Positions 9,131-20,000 of a stretch of 20,000 bases of DNA are shown here, in pieces. How positions within the stretch are numbered: the first letter of the stretch is position 1; each line of letters begins with the position of its first letter. The position numbers were made by a program, and so were the translations under genes. Origin of the DNA: Pseudogymnoascus verrucosus (taxonomy: Eukaryota). The notes under the pieces are model-generated. The model was not told the DNA's origin, did no database searches, and was given only the letters and a program-made list of their open reading frames with translations. The DNA lies in the NCBI GenBank assembly GCA_001662655.1, contig KV460215.1. The stretch is one strand, 5' to 3'.

Positions 9131-10572
9131 ATGCGCGTGCTTCCAGCTCTTTTGCTTGCGGGCCCGGCCGTCGCACAACAGGCTGTATGGGGACAATGTT
9201 AGTACTCTTCTACCTTCATTGGGATGAACTTAGCTAATGAGAGTAAGGTGGCGGAACGGGATGGACAGGTCCAACAACTTGCGTCTCGGGAACGACATGC
9301 ACCTTCTCGAATGCCTGGTACTCTCAATGTCTTCCGGGTGGCAATGGCAACCCCGTTACTACTCCACCGGCAACCACTCCGCCCGCGACTACGCCACCTG
9401 CTAGTACCAACCCACCAGCGACTCTACCCCCAAGTGAGACTACAACAGCGACTGGCGGAACCCCGTCCACTTGCCCCACGATCCCCGGCAGCATCAACCC
9501 CCCATCCGTTGCCACGCTTAACGATCCGTTCACGCCCTTAAGCGGCTCCCGAATCACCACCAAGGCCCAGTGGACGTGCCGCCAGGATGAAATTAAGCAA
9601 CTCTTCCAGAAGTACGAGCTTGGTACTCTGCCACCAAAGCCATCTTCGGTGACCGGCTCCTTCTCCGGCTCGACCTTGACCATCAATGTCAGCGAGGGAG
9701 GAAAGTCGATTTCTTTCACTGCCTCGATTACCTACCCATCCTCGGGAACTGCCCCATACCCCGCCATCATTGCCATTGGTGGTCTCAGCATCCCAACTCC
9801 AGCGGGCGTCGCCGTCATCAACTTCGGCAACGATGACATTGCCGCACAGAACAGCGGTAGCAGCCGTGGACAAGGAAAGTTCTACACCATTTATGGTGCA
9901 GGCCACAGTGCCGGAGCTACCACGGCATGGGCATGGGGTGTCAGCCGTCTTATCGACGTTCTCGAGACTCAAGCGACTGCAGCACGCATTAACGTCAAGA
10001 AGCTTGGTGTTTCCGGATGCTCCCGCAACGGCAAGGGTGCCTTCATCGTCGGTGCTTTGGAGCCCCGCATTGCCCTAACCATCCCGCAAGAGTCAGGCTC
10101 CGGTGGTGCCGCTTGCTGGAGAATCTCCGACTCTGTCTTCGCGGCTGGTGGCAACATCCAGACCGCCCACGAGATTGTCGGCGAGAATGTGTGGTTCTCC
10201 CCCAACTTCAACGCCTATGTCAACACCATCCCAACTATGCCATTTGACCACCACATGCTGGCAGGTCTAGTCGCTCCTCGCGGTCTGTTCGTCATTGAGA
10301 ACAACATTGACTGGCTTGGTCCTATGGCCACAACTGGTTGCATGAAGACTGGCCAGATGATCTACAAAGCTCTCGGTGTTCCGGACAACATGGGTTTCTC
10401 TGAGACCACTCCGCACAGCCACTGCTCGTTCCCATCTTCTCAACAAGCGGACCTTACTGCATTTGTCCAGAAGTTCTTGTTTGACCAGAACACCAACACT
10501 GCTGTCTCGAAGTCCGACCAGACCTTTGATCAGGCCAAGTGGGTTACGTGGAGTGTTCCAACTCTGACCTAA
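9131..10572 (+). CDS. 4-O-methyl-glucuronoyl methylesterase (CE15, Cip2-like) with N-terminal CBM1 and Thr/Pro linker, 463 aa; exons 9131..9197 and 9248..10572
   Basis: Signal peptide [15 protein letters not shown]. Intron 9198..9247 (GTTAGT…GCTAAT…AAG) restores CBM1 [37 protein letters not shown]. (TTPPA)n linker. CE15 nucleophile motif GCSRNGK, acid PQESG, and His in PFDHH. Confidence 0.95.
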
Positions 10573-11447
10573 GTGCGATGATGTACTTCAAGTTGCTTTC
10601 TATCTGTTAGCAGTCGAAAAGGTCAATATTTTTCCAAAGCAGGGGCGTGTAGCGCCAGCCTCCAATCCGAAGGTGTTGTATTGTTGGCAGTGAATATTTT
10701 AGCTTCTTGAACAATTTTTATCATGCTTTGCCATAATTCCGAAAGATCAGGTGCCATGATGCCGTGCATAGAATGTGAGCTCTGTGAATTGAGGGGACGT
10801 TGGTGAGTTATATCTTATAAACAGCACAACTGTGACGGAAAATTGGTCTCCGATGCCCCCCAGCCGCGTCGGACTTATACCTCATTGGCCAGGACCCAAC
10901 TTGTGCCAAACCTCGGTGGAATTTCTCCGTGGCTTTCCAATGAACTGTCTACTTTCGTTGTTCCTAATCCCGACCTGACTAGTCAATGGTAGGTCTAATA
11001 ACGAGTTTCATGTTGTCCGCAAGTTTCTCCTGGTTCCACGCCGCCTCGCACTGTGCACAAGTCAGCCACCTTTGTCGGTTACTCCCAGGCCACTTGTTTC
11101 CTCCTCAAGTTGAAAGGTAGAACTCGTATTTGATGATTTGAAATAAAAGTAGTAATGGCCCATTCAGTGATAAACTTATAATGTACAAATAGATGTGCTG
11201 TGTTTGGTACGTCCGGGCTCTAACGACAAGCCTACCACTCTTAGATAGAGCCTTCAAATGGCAGACATAGTACTAACATAGACTCGTTTCAAACAGTCCT
11301 ATGCCTTTAAAATACAGGATGATTCTCGTGGTGCGAATGCTCACTCGTTTGAACAGCCGTTTTTGTGATCTAACCACGAACACCTCTCAACTGCTCCTCC
11401 GCCGTTCCTCCTATCGTACAAATTTCCTACACGTAATAATAACCTGC

Positions 11448-11930
11448 CTATTTTGAAGGCTCTTCAGGCTTGTCATTTGAGCCAAACCAAGGTTTGGCAT
11501 TCTTCCTCTTTGCGTCTTTCCGATCCGCAAGCTACAAACATCAGCGGTCAACACACTTGGTCAATGGAAAATGGGCTCCCTACCCATTGCTTTTTGCAAT
11601 CTCGATAAGCCCTATACATCAATTAGTAAAAGTCCCACTTCACTATTTCACTCCGCCGCAACCACGTGCGAGCATAGCCGAATGCGCCTCCGACTTACTG
11701 GAAGTAATCCGAGCACATCTCTCTTTGCCCGCCATTCCGGTGCAAACACTTCAAACTCCTCGTAGCCAAATCCTGACACGGATCAAAGTACTCGCTATAC
11801 GCCTTCCTACACCATCAAGTCAGTCTCCCGCCTATTTACTCCAGAGGTGGTGGTAGGTAGTCCCAATTTACCCTTCGAATTTCCTCTCCGTCTTCTCGTC
11901 CCATGGTTGCTCCGGGGGATCAATGGCCAT
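11448..11930 (-). CDS. COX23: Mitochondrial twin-CX9C cytochrome c oxidase assembly factor Cox23, 92 aa; exons 11930..11872, 11806..11699, 11611..11584, 11531..11448
   Basis: Three canonical introns: 11807..11871 (GTAAAT…CTGAC…TAG), 11612..11698 (GTAAGT…CTAAT…TAG), 11532..11583 (GTAGGG…CTGAT…TAG). Spliced product: [92 protein letters not shown]. It has CX9C-X10-CX9C and the Cox23-typical YFDPCQ…S.KCL.RN…C.DYFQAYRDCKK.W. Confidence 0.92.
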
Positions 11931-12095
11931 AGCTTAAAACAGAGCGACTTATTCGCTCTCTCCCTGTTGCTTGGGTATAAAACAGTGATGATACTGCAAA
12001 GGAAATGGTGGGTTTGGGATATATGTCCAGGTGTTGATGTCTTGAAGCACGTGCCGGGAAGGCGGTTTGGGTGCAGGTCGTGACAGGAAAAGATC

Positions 12096-12115
12096 TTATC
12101 TAATCTAATCTAATC
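12096..12115. repeat. TTATC(TAATC)3 short tandem repeat upstream of COX23, including a GATA site on the minus strand
   Basis: Directly visible at 12096-12115. CTTATC at 12095-12100 reads GATAAG on the minus strand. Confidence 0.7.
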
Positions 12116-12847
12116 AGCCCCAGAAACTATACCACCGCCATTCTCACAAAATCATGCAGGTCTATTTTGGCAATCAATGACTGTTAAATTAGTGAATCAT
12201 GTTGTTACTATATATTAAAGGCAAGACTGTTTTCCTGGGTCAAAATTTGTTCAATTTCATGTTTTTTCGTATAAACTCAAGTAAAATAATACGTGGCAAA
12301 ATCACGAAATTACTCCTCTTTTAAAAAGATTATCACACAAATATTCAAATTCCAGTCAGGGCCAAAAGTTAGGTCAATTGCATTGCATAAAAGAAAGTCT
12401 GGTTGCGTCCTGTCTAATGATACAATCTCCGTTATCCATTCTCCCACTGTCGCCCATCAATTTCGTAGATCTTATAATTTGTCTCCAAACCCTTGCTAAC
12501 TACTCAACCACCATAAATAACTCCCCTTGTAGGAACTTCCATGAATAAAAATCCAAGCTGATTGCCACGATGGTCCCGCTCAGAGTAGAATAAGCTCTGT
12601 TGAACCTAGGAAGGAGCAGTATGCAACTATGTAACTATGTCGTTTGAACCATTTTCATGTAGCTTCCAGAATCTGCTCCTGAATAGTTTCCGAGTTCCAT
12701 GGCAAGCACTTGCAGTCCCATCAAAACAGCCACATCCGTCGAAATACTCCTAACGCCTTGCCGAGACCAGCTACCAGATTGTCATTGCGAATTCTTGGCG
12801 TCCTAAGCCGAGAAATGTACTGATCGCTCCCTCAGACTTGGCAGACT

Positions 12848-14574
12848 TCAATATACTTTTGCACCTAGAGCCTGTTGCGCTAGGATATCGAGGGCCGAAG
12901 GGTTTCCATATTCTTCCCCGGCAGCCTCCTCGATCATCTCATCGGCCCAATTGAACCCAGTCCCACTTCCATGGTATTCAAAAGTTGGGACAAGATCCGA
13001 GAAATCTCTGCCAGCCTCGGGATCTGCCTTGGTTTGTTGAGCAGCGAGAGAGGCATCTTCCCTATGAATCTGTATCAATGCCGCAGCTGCCATGTATTGT
13101 TGGGCGTCAACTCTGGTACTGGATGCATCCTGCGCATTTTCTTTACCAACGGAGTTGAAAAGTTGTGTATTGTTTGCGAAATGAGAAATATTTGACGCAG
13201 CCATCATGCTCTGCTTCTGGGCTTCAGGCAAGGCCCTCGGAAGACGAAGCTTTGGAGGTAGGCCGTATTTGGCAATAAGAGCCGCCTTATCATCAGTGGA
13301 ATCGCTGCCTTCGCTTCCAAATGAAGATGCCGGCGTAAGAGTTGCGGGAGAATCGTCCGGTGTGGCACCGAATGTCACGGGGAAAGGAACGGAGCATGGA
13401 TCAGCCCCAAAGCTGACGGCTACATCGCTGCCTCTGTAGTGTGCGCTCATCAATCTGTATACTTTGTCTGCCGCAGTGATGGACGAAAACTCCACGAAGA
13501 AGTATTCCTGGGCGTCGCGCTGGACTTCAAGCAATTCTTTCACTTGGCTGTATCCGGGCTGAACTATCATATCAAAAACATCCCCTGTAGAGAATGCTGA
13601 TGGAAGACCTCTGATTGATAGACAGCGCGTCCAGCCCTGTCTGATTTGCTTTAGCATGGTGGGGCTGATTGGCCATGTTGGATAAGAAGTGATGTGCACT
13701 GGCTTGAGAGATTCCATGGCTAAATTGGATTTCAACAGACTGGCTCCGGATTCTTCAACGAAAATGATAAACGCAGTCAATCCTCCCGTGATTGCAACTG
13801 TGTTACAAAGAGTCGCCGAGTAAATCGGTCCCGTGTTGATGTTGTCAAGAATGCTCTTCAGCGTAGTTCCGATCGGAACGCCGATGTGGACAGCTCTGTG
13901 TCCCTGGGACAGTTCATCTGGTGGGTTGTATGCAATCCCCCAAACGAAATATTCCGAGAGTCTGCCGCGAGGATTGAGAATGGCATTTTGATGATCAATA
14001 GCATTTAATCGCTCCTCTCGTGTTTCCCAAATGGTTTTGTTGGCATTGTAGTCGGGAACGCATGAATTGTGACGTTGTCCATTTCTGGGTTGCCGGGGGA
14101 GAGTCTCTCGGGGGGTCTTATTGAGGTGATAGCTGACGCCGGTGACCACACCTTTGCCAATAAAGTGGTCTGGCTCATTGACGCGCTCAATGCGAGGAGT
14201 AGGCGCGGGCTTGTCCTTGATCTCTTCCATGTACTTTTCATATTCCAAGCGGGCATTTTCCTGTCAACTTTTAGTAAGTATTCATAGCTTGGCTCTCAGT
14301 AAATCCATACCACTGCGACAGGGTCCAACTCAGGCGTGGGATATGCCTGAACGGGAAACTGATCGTCGGATGGCTCGTGCTTGGCAGTTGTGATTTCACT
14401 TTCTCCCGCTAGCAGCTCATCATCCAATGACTCAAACATCGCTGGAATATGTGTGAATTCAGCCACGGAGCCTACAGGGTCGGCGTCTTGAACGGTAGCA
14501 TCATGCTCATGTTGTTCTGAGTCTGCCGCTGGCGCAGGCAGGGCATCCTCAGAGCATTCCTGGGAAGACGGCAT
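12848..14574 (-). CDS. Hypothetical protein with two degenerate RRM-like domains (~558 aa); exons 14574..14311 and 14260..12848; further 5' exons possible
   Basis: Phase-0 intron 14261..14310 (GTATGG…ACTAA…CAG) joins the acidic ORF 14296..14574 to ORF 12848..14248. RRM-like strands RAVHIGVP…TAFIIFVEE and TRCLSIRGLP…YFFVEFSSITAA…VSFGADPC. The F/Y-G-x-D-P-C ending resembles fungal Nrd1/Mrn1-type RRMs. Confidence 0.72.
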
Positions 14575-15707
14575 TCTTGGGGTGAAGTCAGCCTCAGTAT
14601 GGCAATGTTATCCGCATGACAGGTGCTTTTCACTCACTTGGTGGTAGTCGTAGGGAGTTGAGAAGGTATGGAGTGACCAGACCGTCCAAATATCGTCGAC
14701 TGGATAGGAATGAATGTCAAATAGATTTTTTGAACTCTTCAGAAGTTCACATTGAAAAGATAAGAGTAAAGCAAAGCCCCCAAGTTGAGTAGAGCTCATT
14801 ATATAGCTGCCTTGACCACAATCGGTCCTGTCGGTGAGAAGATGGCTATCAGTGACAGGAATTCCAGCAGGGACGGAGTTTCCAACCTCCGGATTGCACT
14901 TGCCTCACCACCAGTGCGGCCACTTGCTCAAATATCCTTCTCGAAAGTGCGAGATTTGCAAGAATGGATGAAGGAATCGGTTCTCTTTGATGGGCAGTAG
15001 GCCCTTTGGCCAAAGAGAGGGCGATGAGCACCATGGTGAGCTTGTGTGGTGGTATATCTGAGGTGAAGAAATATAATGTTAGTTGATGGCTTCAATTTCG
15101 GTCCAGGTTCACATACTAAATGAGGAAGAGAGGTTGTGAAACGAAATTACTTTGCTAGCATTGCGCCTGTGTTGAAAAGAAAACAGAAACATAGACTCAA
15201 CTTCGCTTTATCGTCTCGGTTTTGGTATGGAAATCGTGGGAACCATTGTACATATTGGGAATATTCAATCAGGTGTGCAATCACCAGTTGAAGCACAAGG
15301 GAACGGGGACTAGAAGCATCAAAACCAACTGAGTCCCCCAAGAAAAATGACAAAAGTATTAACTTAATTTTGAATAACGAACCATTATAGCACCATACAA
15401 TATAAACCTAGCTCCCCTATACTATCCTTAGTACGATTTTAACATGAGGTATGTTCCTGACAGGAACTCGTTAATACAACTCCCCCACAAGTATTCCACA
15501 TCAATCCACTCTGTCCAATGGGTTATTTCCCCAAAGTTTGCATCAATACAGCCAATATATGCACCCTGGCTCCAGCCCAAAACGCCTGCCACTGTCCCAA
15601 GTGCTCCCTTCGCCCATCACACTCCCTTGCTCTGTGCTTCGGTTACAAGTGTGCCCGGCAACTCCATTCAATCTAACCCATACAAGACCCATAGATGATC
15701 CCACACC

Positions 15708-16536
15708 TCACGTCCTCTCACTTACAAACCACTTCTTCTTCTCCTTCTTCACCTGTGCCGCTGTCATCGGCGTCGTCATCATTGCGGCTTCCTTTCCTGC
15801 CGAGCCGTCTCCAAAGCCGCCGCCGCCATAGGGACCGGTAGGGCCCGAATGGCCCGTAACCCAAGGTGCAGTCGGCGGCCTCATCTCATAGTTCAGTTCA
15901 CGCTTGCGTAGGTACCTGCGGCGGAAGAACGCTGCTGCGATCCAGCCACCGACAATAGCGACAACGATGATGACAATCATGATGACATATTGATAGTGAG
16001 CCTCCATCCTAGTTCAAATTAGTGTATGTTCTCAGAGGTATTGCCGGTGAATACGTATGAGACAGGGCTACTCACCAAGTCTTCTTCTTGGGGGCCGTGA
16101 CTGTGCTGCCATCAGTTCCAGTCGAACCTCCCGTGCTTCCAGTATCTGTCGATCCCGTGTCTGTGCTTCCAGCGCCGTTACTCCCAGTCGTCGTAGTTGG
16201 TGTCGTGCCACCCGATGCGCATAGCCCGTTGTACCATGTCTGAATAGCCGTCAGATCGGCTGCGACGGGGCACACAGCAGCGCACGTGTTGGCAGTGCCA
16301 GACAGTCCCACCGAGGTCGTACGGGCATCTTTGCAGAAGCAGCTTGTGTCTGGCGCGGGGGTCGCTGGGGGGATACAAGAGTATGCCACGTCAAAGAGCT
16401 TGCCGCAGCTTTGGGCGCATAGTGGAAGCGAGCCGAATGGTACGATATCGACGTTGGTCCCTGGCTTCACGGGGGTGGCTTGGAGGGTAGCGAGGGGAAG
16501 GGCGAGGAGGAACAACGTCCGTAAAAGATTCGACAT
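15708..16536 (-). CDS. Type I membrane protein with an 8-Cys CFEM-like ectodomain, Ser/Thr/Gly linker, one TM helix and a cytosolic tail, 253 aa; exons 16536..16076 and 16008..15708
   Basis: Intron 16009..16075 (GTGAGT…ACTAAT…TAG) fuses the two ORFs (…KKKTW|MEAHYQY…). Signal peptide present. Cys pattern PLCAQSC…C…DTSCFC…TCAAVC…GLC. TM VIMIVIIVVAIVGGWIAAAFF followed by RRRYLRKR. Confidence 0.85.
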
Positions 16537-17412
16537 CGTGATATGATTGCTGAATGAAATATATACGCAGAGCGCAGGTGAGGTATTATGATTTGCGACG
16601 CCGCTGGTGATTATTATTTCCGTTCTCCGATCGATCTGGCTGTTGGACTCGATCCGGCGGTCAAAGTACTTCGTTCGCAGCCGACGTTTCCGGTATCGAT
16701 AACGACGGGGACGGTCCGGCCGTTAGGCGCTGGCGTAGTCGCTGCCCTTCGAAGACGATTTCGCGATCGATGGTTGGGTCGCGATTGCCTTTTGGGTCTG
16801 GATGTGTAGAGTTGCCTTCCGTCGTGATCGTCAGGTTCAATCTCTGGGGAGCTGAGCGATCAGATTCGCTTCGCAATTTAACCTCTCAGGTGACGTTTTC
16901 GAACGATTTCGTCGATCAGCGATCAGCGGGGCAGTGAGGTGTCAAGATATAGTAATAAGAAGAATGAAGATATTAACAAACGAGCGACAACAAGAGAGTG
17001 TGTAGTGGTTGAAGAAGAGTAAGAAGATGAAAGTGTTGATTATCCGCAGTTGGTATGGTAGGCTTACTCTCGGCTCTCTCGTATGGCCAGAATGACATAA
17101 GACACAAGGGACGCTATAACACCAATTTGCGCGCATTTGTTCCGGAAGGAAGACGAGGGCCAAGATTGTTTGGCTGAGATGAAGAGAAATTATGCGAGTT
17201 GGTCCGTGCATGGTACATGGTGTCCACTTCTTCCACCTCGATGAAAAGGGGGTACGAGTTGCAGAACTGTCAACTGTCAGGGCCCACGGCCCACACGCCA
17301 CGTGAAAAGCGGCACACTTCATCATTTCCCAGTATAGGAAAGCATAATATCTATCACGTACAGCACGCCGTGCGTCGATCTAGAATAGTCTATCCGTAAT
17401 GAATCTCCAAGG

Positions 17413-19842
17413 TTACCGCGTGAAAACGCTCCCAATCCAATAGTCTTTATGCGGTCCTCTCACGTGATACCCCACGCTCCATTTAGCTACCTCAACTCCT
17501 TGGAAGGCAAATTCATACTCTGGGTCATAGGTATCGTCAATGCAAAGGTGATGGGATGTTGCCTTCCATCTCCTGTCCCTTGCCGGTACCAATTCCTTGG
17601 GATTTTGCCCCTGTTCACCACCCGTGGGATGAGGACATATCATCTGCAGCTCATGGAACAAATAGTCGACCGTCTTGTTGTCCGTTTTCACAAACCACAC
17701 ACTTAACTTGTCCTCAGCCTCCGCGTACCTGTAGACATACCTCCTCGTCGCTCTAAACTGCAGCCCAGTATCTGTCTTGAAGTCTCCGTCCTCGACATAC
17801 AGGAACTCTGCTGCGAAACCCTCGGCTGTAGGGCGCCTGGGATAGAATCTCGCGGTTCCAACTAAAGAGCCAGAAGGGTATGTCGAAATATTACTTTTGA
17901 TGGTGCGGTTAAGAACCCAGTTTCCCTGTAGGGAGCGGAAGATTGCCCTGGCCACGAATTTTCCACCTCGGCTTCCGTCAATCTCTTGTTGTATGAGTCG
18001 TAAGGCTTCTTTGGATTCTGTAGCTTCTTCACCCTCGCCTAAGCCCTGCAAGCTGGTTGCATATAGCGCCGGTGAGACAGGTGTACAGTAGCTATCGGCA
18101 GCTTCAACCGGCCCATGGCCCTGCATTTCTCGGAGAGACTCCATAATGTGAGTATAATCACCCATTGGAAACTGCGTAAGTCTTTCCGGGGTCTCTTTGT
18201 AACAGCGTCGCAGTGCAGGAATGATAGAGCCTGCATCTTTGAGAGCCGAACTCAGAGCCGGAGGCGGCCGGGAGTCAGGTTGCCAGAGGGTGCGCAGAAG
18301 AGATGCTTGCTGCTCTGCAACGCCCCAGTATGGGCCTCGGTAAAAGCCAACAAAGCCTAGAGAAGGTACGGAGGGGTGTATTGTGCTGTGTAGTGACAGG
18401 GCGAGCGGTAAGTCTGGAGTCGAAGGGTCATATCCAAGAGTGGAAAGAATGGATTTAGGAAGGAAGGATAGAGAGGATGCGCTGTCGAAGCCTGTGGCAA
18501 AGATAATCGCAGAGATGTTATCGAATGTCTCAGTTGACGAGGGTGTTTCAACAATGACAGATGTATTGTCGTCGGCAAGGGATTTCACTCGCCCCCGTGT
18601 TGTTTTGATCGCGCCGGACTGAGCGAACGAAGAGTAAGTATCGCTGATTCCTAGCCAAGGAGCATCTGTCTCCTTATCCGTGGGTAAGGAGGCAAAGGCA
18701 GTTGCTTCACCACCGTTAAATAGTTTGAAGGCAGCATGTGACTTCTGCGCTGCCTCTGGGCTTACGATCCCAGATCTACTTTTCAGGCGTTCTTCGGGAG
18801 ACCGATTGCTCAAGTTAAACATAACCATATCGAGGGGTAAAAACTCTGGCGCCGGATTCATAACCTGGTACAATTAGCATATACACTTGAGAAGGTCCGA
18901 AACAGCGCTTACCTTGCTATCATTCTTCTCATTATCAACCTGCGTCTTCAGAGGCAAAAATAACGGCACTGTCCAAAATGGCTTGCTCGTTACATGATGA
19001 AGAGTGTACTGCTCTATAGACTCGATGTCTGATTTCTCAGGAGAATGAATCTCAGATGAAATCTGAGCAGCAATTGTCGCTGATGTTTCAGCGCCAGACA
19101 TTGACCCGCCCACAACCAGAATCTTCCCGGGGCCCCCTTTATTATCTTTCAACAATTCCTTGAGGTCTGAAAACTCCGAACTGTGAATTATCGGAATAGG
19201 CACACCCTCTCTTTGGGTAAAAGCTTCGGGGATTATTGGCTTGCCAAAGAAGCCCGAAGATATTATGACATGGTCAAAAAGGTGCTCTTCGGTCTCACCA
19301 ACATTGACACTTAAGATGGCTGAAGTGTCTTCGGGTTCTAGGGAGCTTGGTCCCTTAACATCAGTGCGCAGCTTTTGCACCCGTATCCTCCATTTTATTG
19401 GTGTAGAGGCATCATCCTCCACCATACTAGCCTCTTCAACGCGGCAGCTTGTCTTGATATCAACCGATGGATTGTTCAAGTACTTGTCAACATATTGTTG
19501 AAGGTATTGCCCTACATCGCTGGCCTTGGGAAACAGAGGGCTTGGGTGAGAGGGTTCATTCTCCGGCCATGTTTTGTCACTGAAGCAGACGGTATACTTG
19601 CTCAGATTTGTTGACATGGACGGATTGATTAAGCCTTTGTCAGTGGAATTGCTGGGCCAAAGGCCCCCAATTCTCGACAGTTGCTCAAAGACTGTAACTT
19701 TGAAAGCTCCCTTGGAATACATAAATGCCCTGGCAGCTGCTATCCCGCCTGGACCCGCGCCTACGGAGGATTAGTGTCCACTTCATCTACGGATGATCGG
19801 TTGCAGGCCATACTTACCAATAATGCATACTGTTTTTGCCAT
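17413..19842 (-). CDS. Flavin-containing monooxygenase-like (class B) protein with C-terminal DUF6314-like beta-rich domain, 774 aa; exons 19842..19818, 19760..18913, 18864..17413
   Basis: Introns 19761..19817 (GTAAGT…CTAAT…TAG) and 18865..18912 (GTAAGC…GCTAAT…CAG). FAD motif VCIIGAGPGG and FEQLSRIGGLW; FMO-like IIHSSEF; NADPH motif LVVGGSMSG; IFATGF. C-terminal LQGNWVLNRTI…GTARF…YVEDG…RRYVY…FHEL…HLCIDDTY…VRGPHKDY. Confidence 0.88.
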
Positions 19843-20000
19843 TCTTATTCACCTCTCAGCTGACTTTCACCGGCGCGCGCCAGACGTTTGCTACCACGTA
19901 GACACACTGCTTAGGTATATTCTGTAAGCTTCTTGGAATAAGTATGCCTGCAGGTAAATGTAAAATAATGCTCTCAGTTTATATATGTTCCGGCCCAACC

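Noticed and set aside
9224..9541. 105-aa ORF at the start of the CE15 locus
   Set aside because: Starts inside the CE15 intron and is an alternative frame of the CBM1/linker exon.
11130..11200. C-box-like TGATGA suggesting a C/D snoRNA
   Set aside because: No appropriately placed CTGA D box or terminal stem found.
11481..11498. Inverted repeat GCCAAACC-AA-GGTTTGGC
   Set aside because: Only 8 bp and inside COX23 exon 4; compatible with chance.
11470..12083. Three + strand ORFs (128, 64, 78 aa)
   Set aside because: Antisense to the spliced COX23 gene and its promoter.
12180..12360. AT-rich stretch considered as a RIP-mutated transposon relic or origin
   Set aside because: Short, with no terminal repeats or transposase remnants; consistent with ordinary intergenic or terminator DNA.
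16942..17399. 127-aa and 66-aa ORFs and a CACGTG box between the CFEM-like and FMO genes
   Set aside because: Low-complexity promoter/terminator sequence with no family motifs; a single E-box is not informative.
1..20000. tRNA, rRNA, CRISPR arrays, intact transposons, prokaryotic-type systems
   Set aside because: None seen; the window is intron-containing fungal euchromatin.

Overview
Gene-dense eukaryotic DNA from a filamentous ascomycete (inferred from 47-87 nt GT-AG introns with CTAAC/CTAAT/CTGAC branch sites, fungal CBM1, and CreA/XlnR-type motifs). Ten protein-coding genes can be supported: the 3' part of a Dopey/DOP1 gene (+), GRASP/GRH1 (-), an orphan basic 363-aa ORF (+), the cap hypermethylase TGS1 (+), a secreted SGNH esterase (+), a CBM1-CE15 glucuronoyl esterase (+), a 4-exon COX23 (-) that the ORF track misses entirely, a tandem degenerate-RRM protein (-), a CFEM-like type I membrane protein (-) and an FMO-like flavoprotein with a C-terminal DUF6314-like domain (-). 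The most striking observation is the orphan ORF/TGS1 pair. The two ORFs overlap or abut with no promoter space, the upstream start codon has a weak -3 base, and the ~1.06 kb upstream ORF contains only one internal ATG in any frame. That pattern is expected for a bicistronic mRNA translated by leaky scanning or reinitiation. Other notable elements are a 25-bp intergenic hairpin, a G-quadruplex/CreA site cluster, and an XlnR/ClrB-type promoter. All family assignments come from motif recognition, not database searches.
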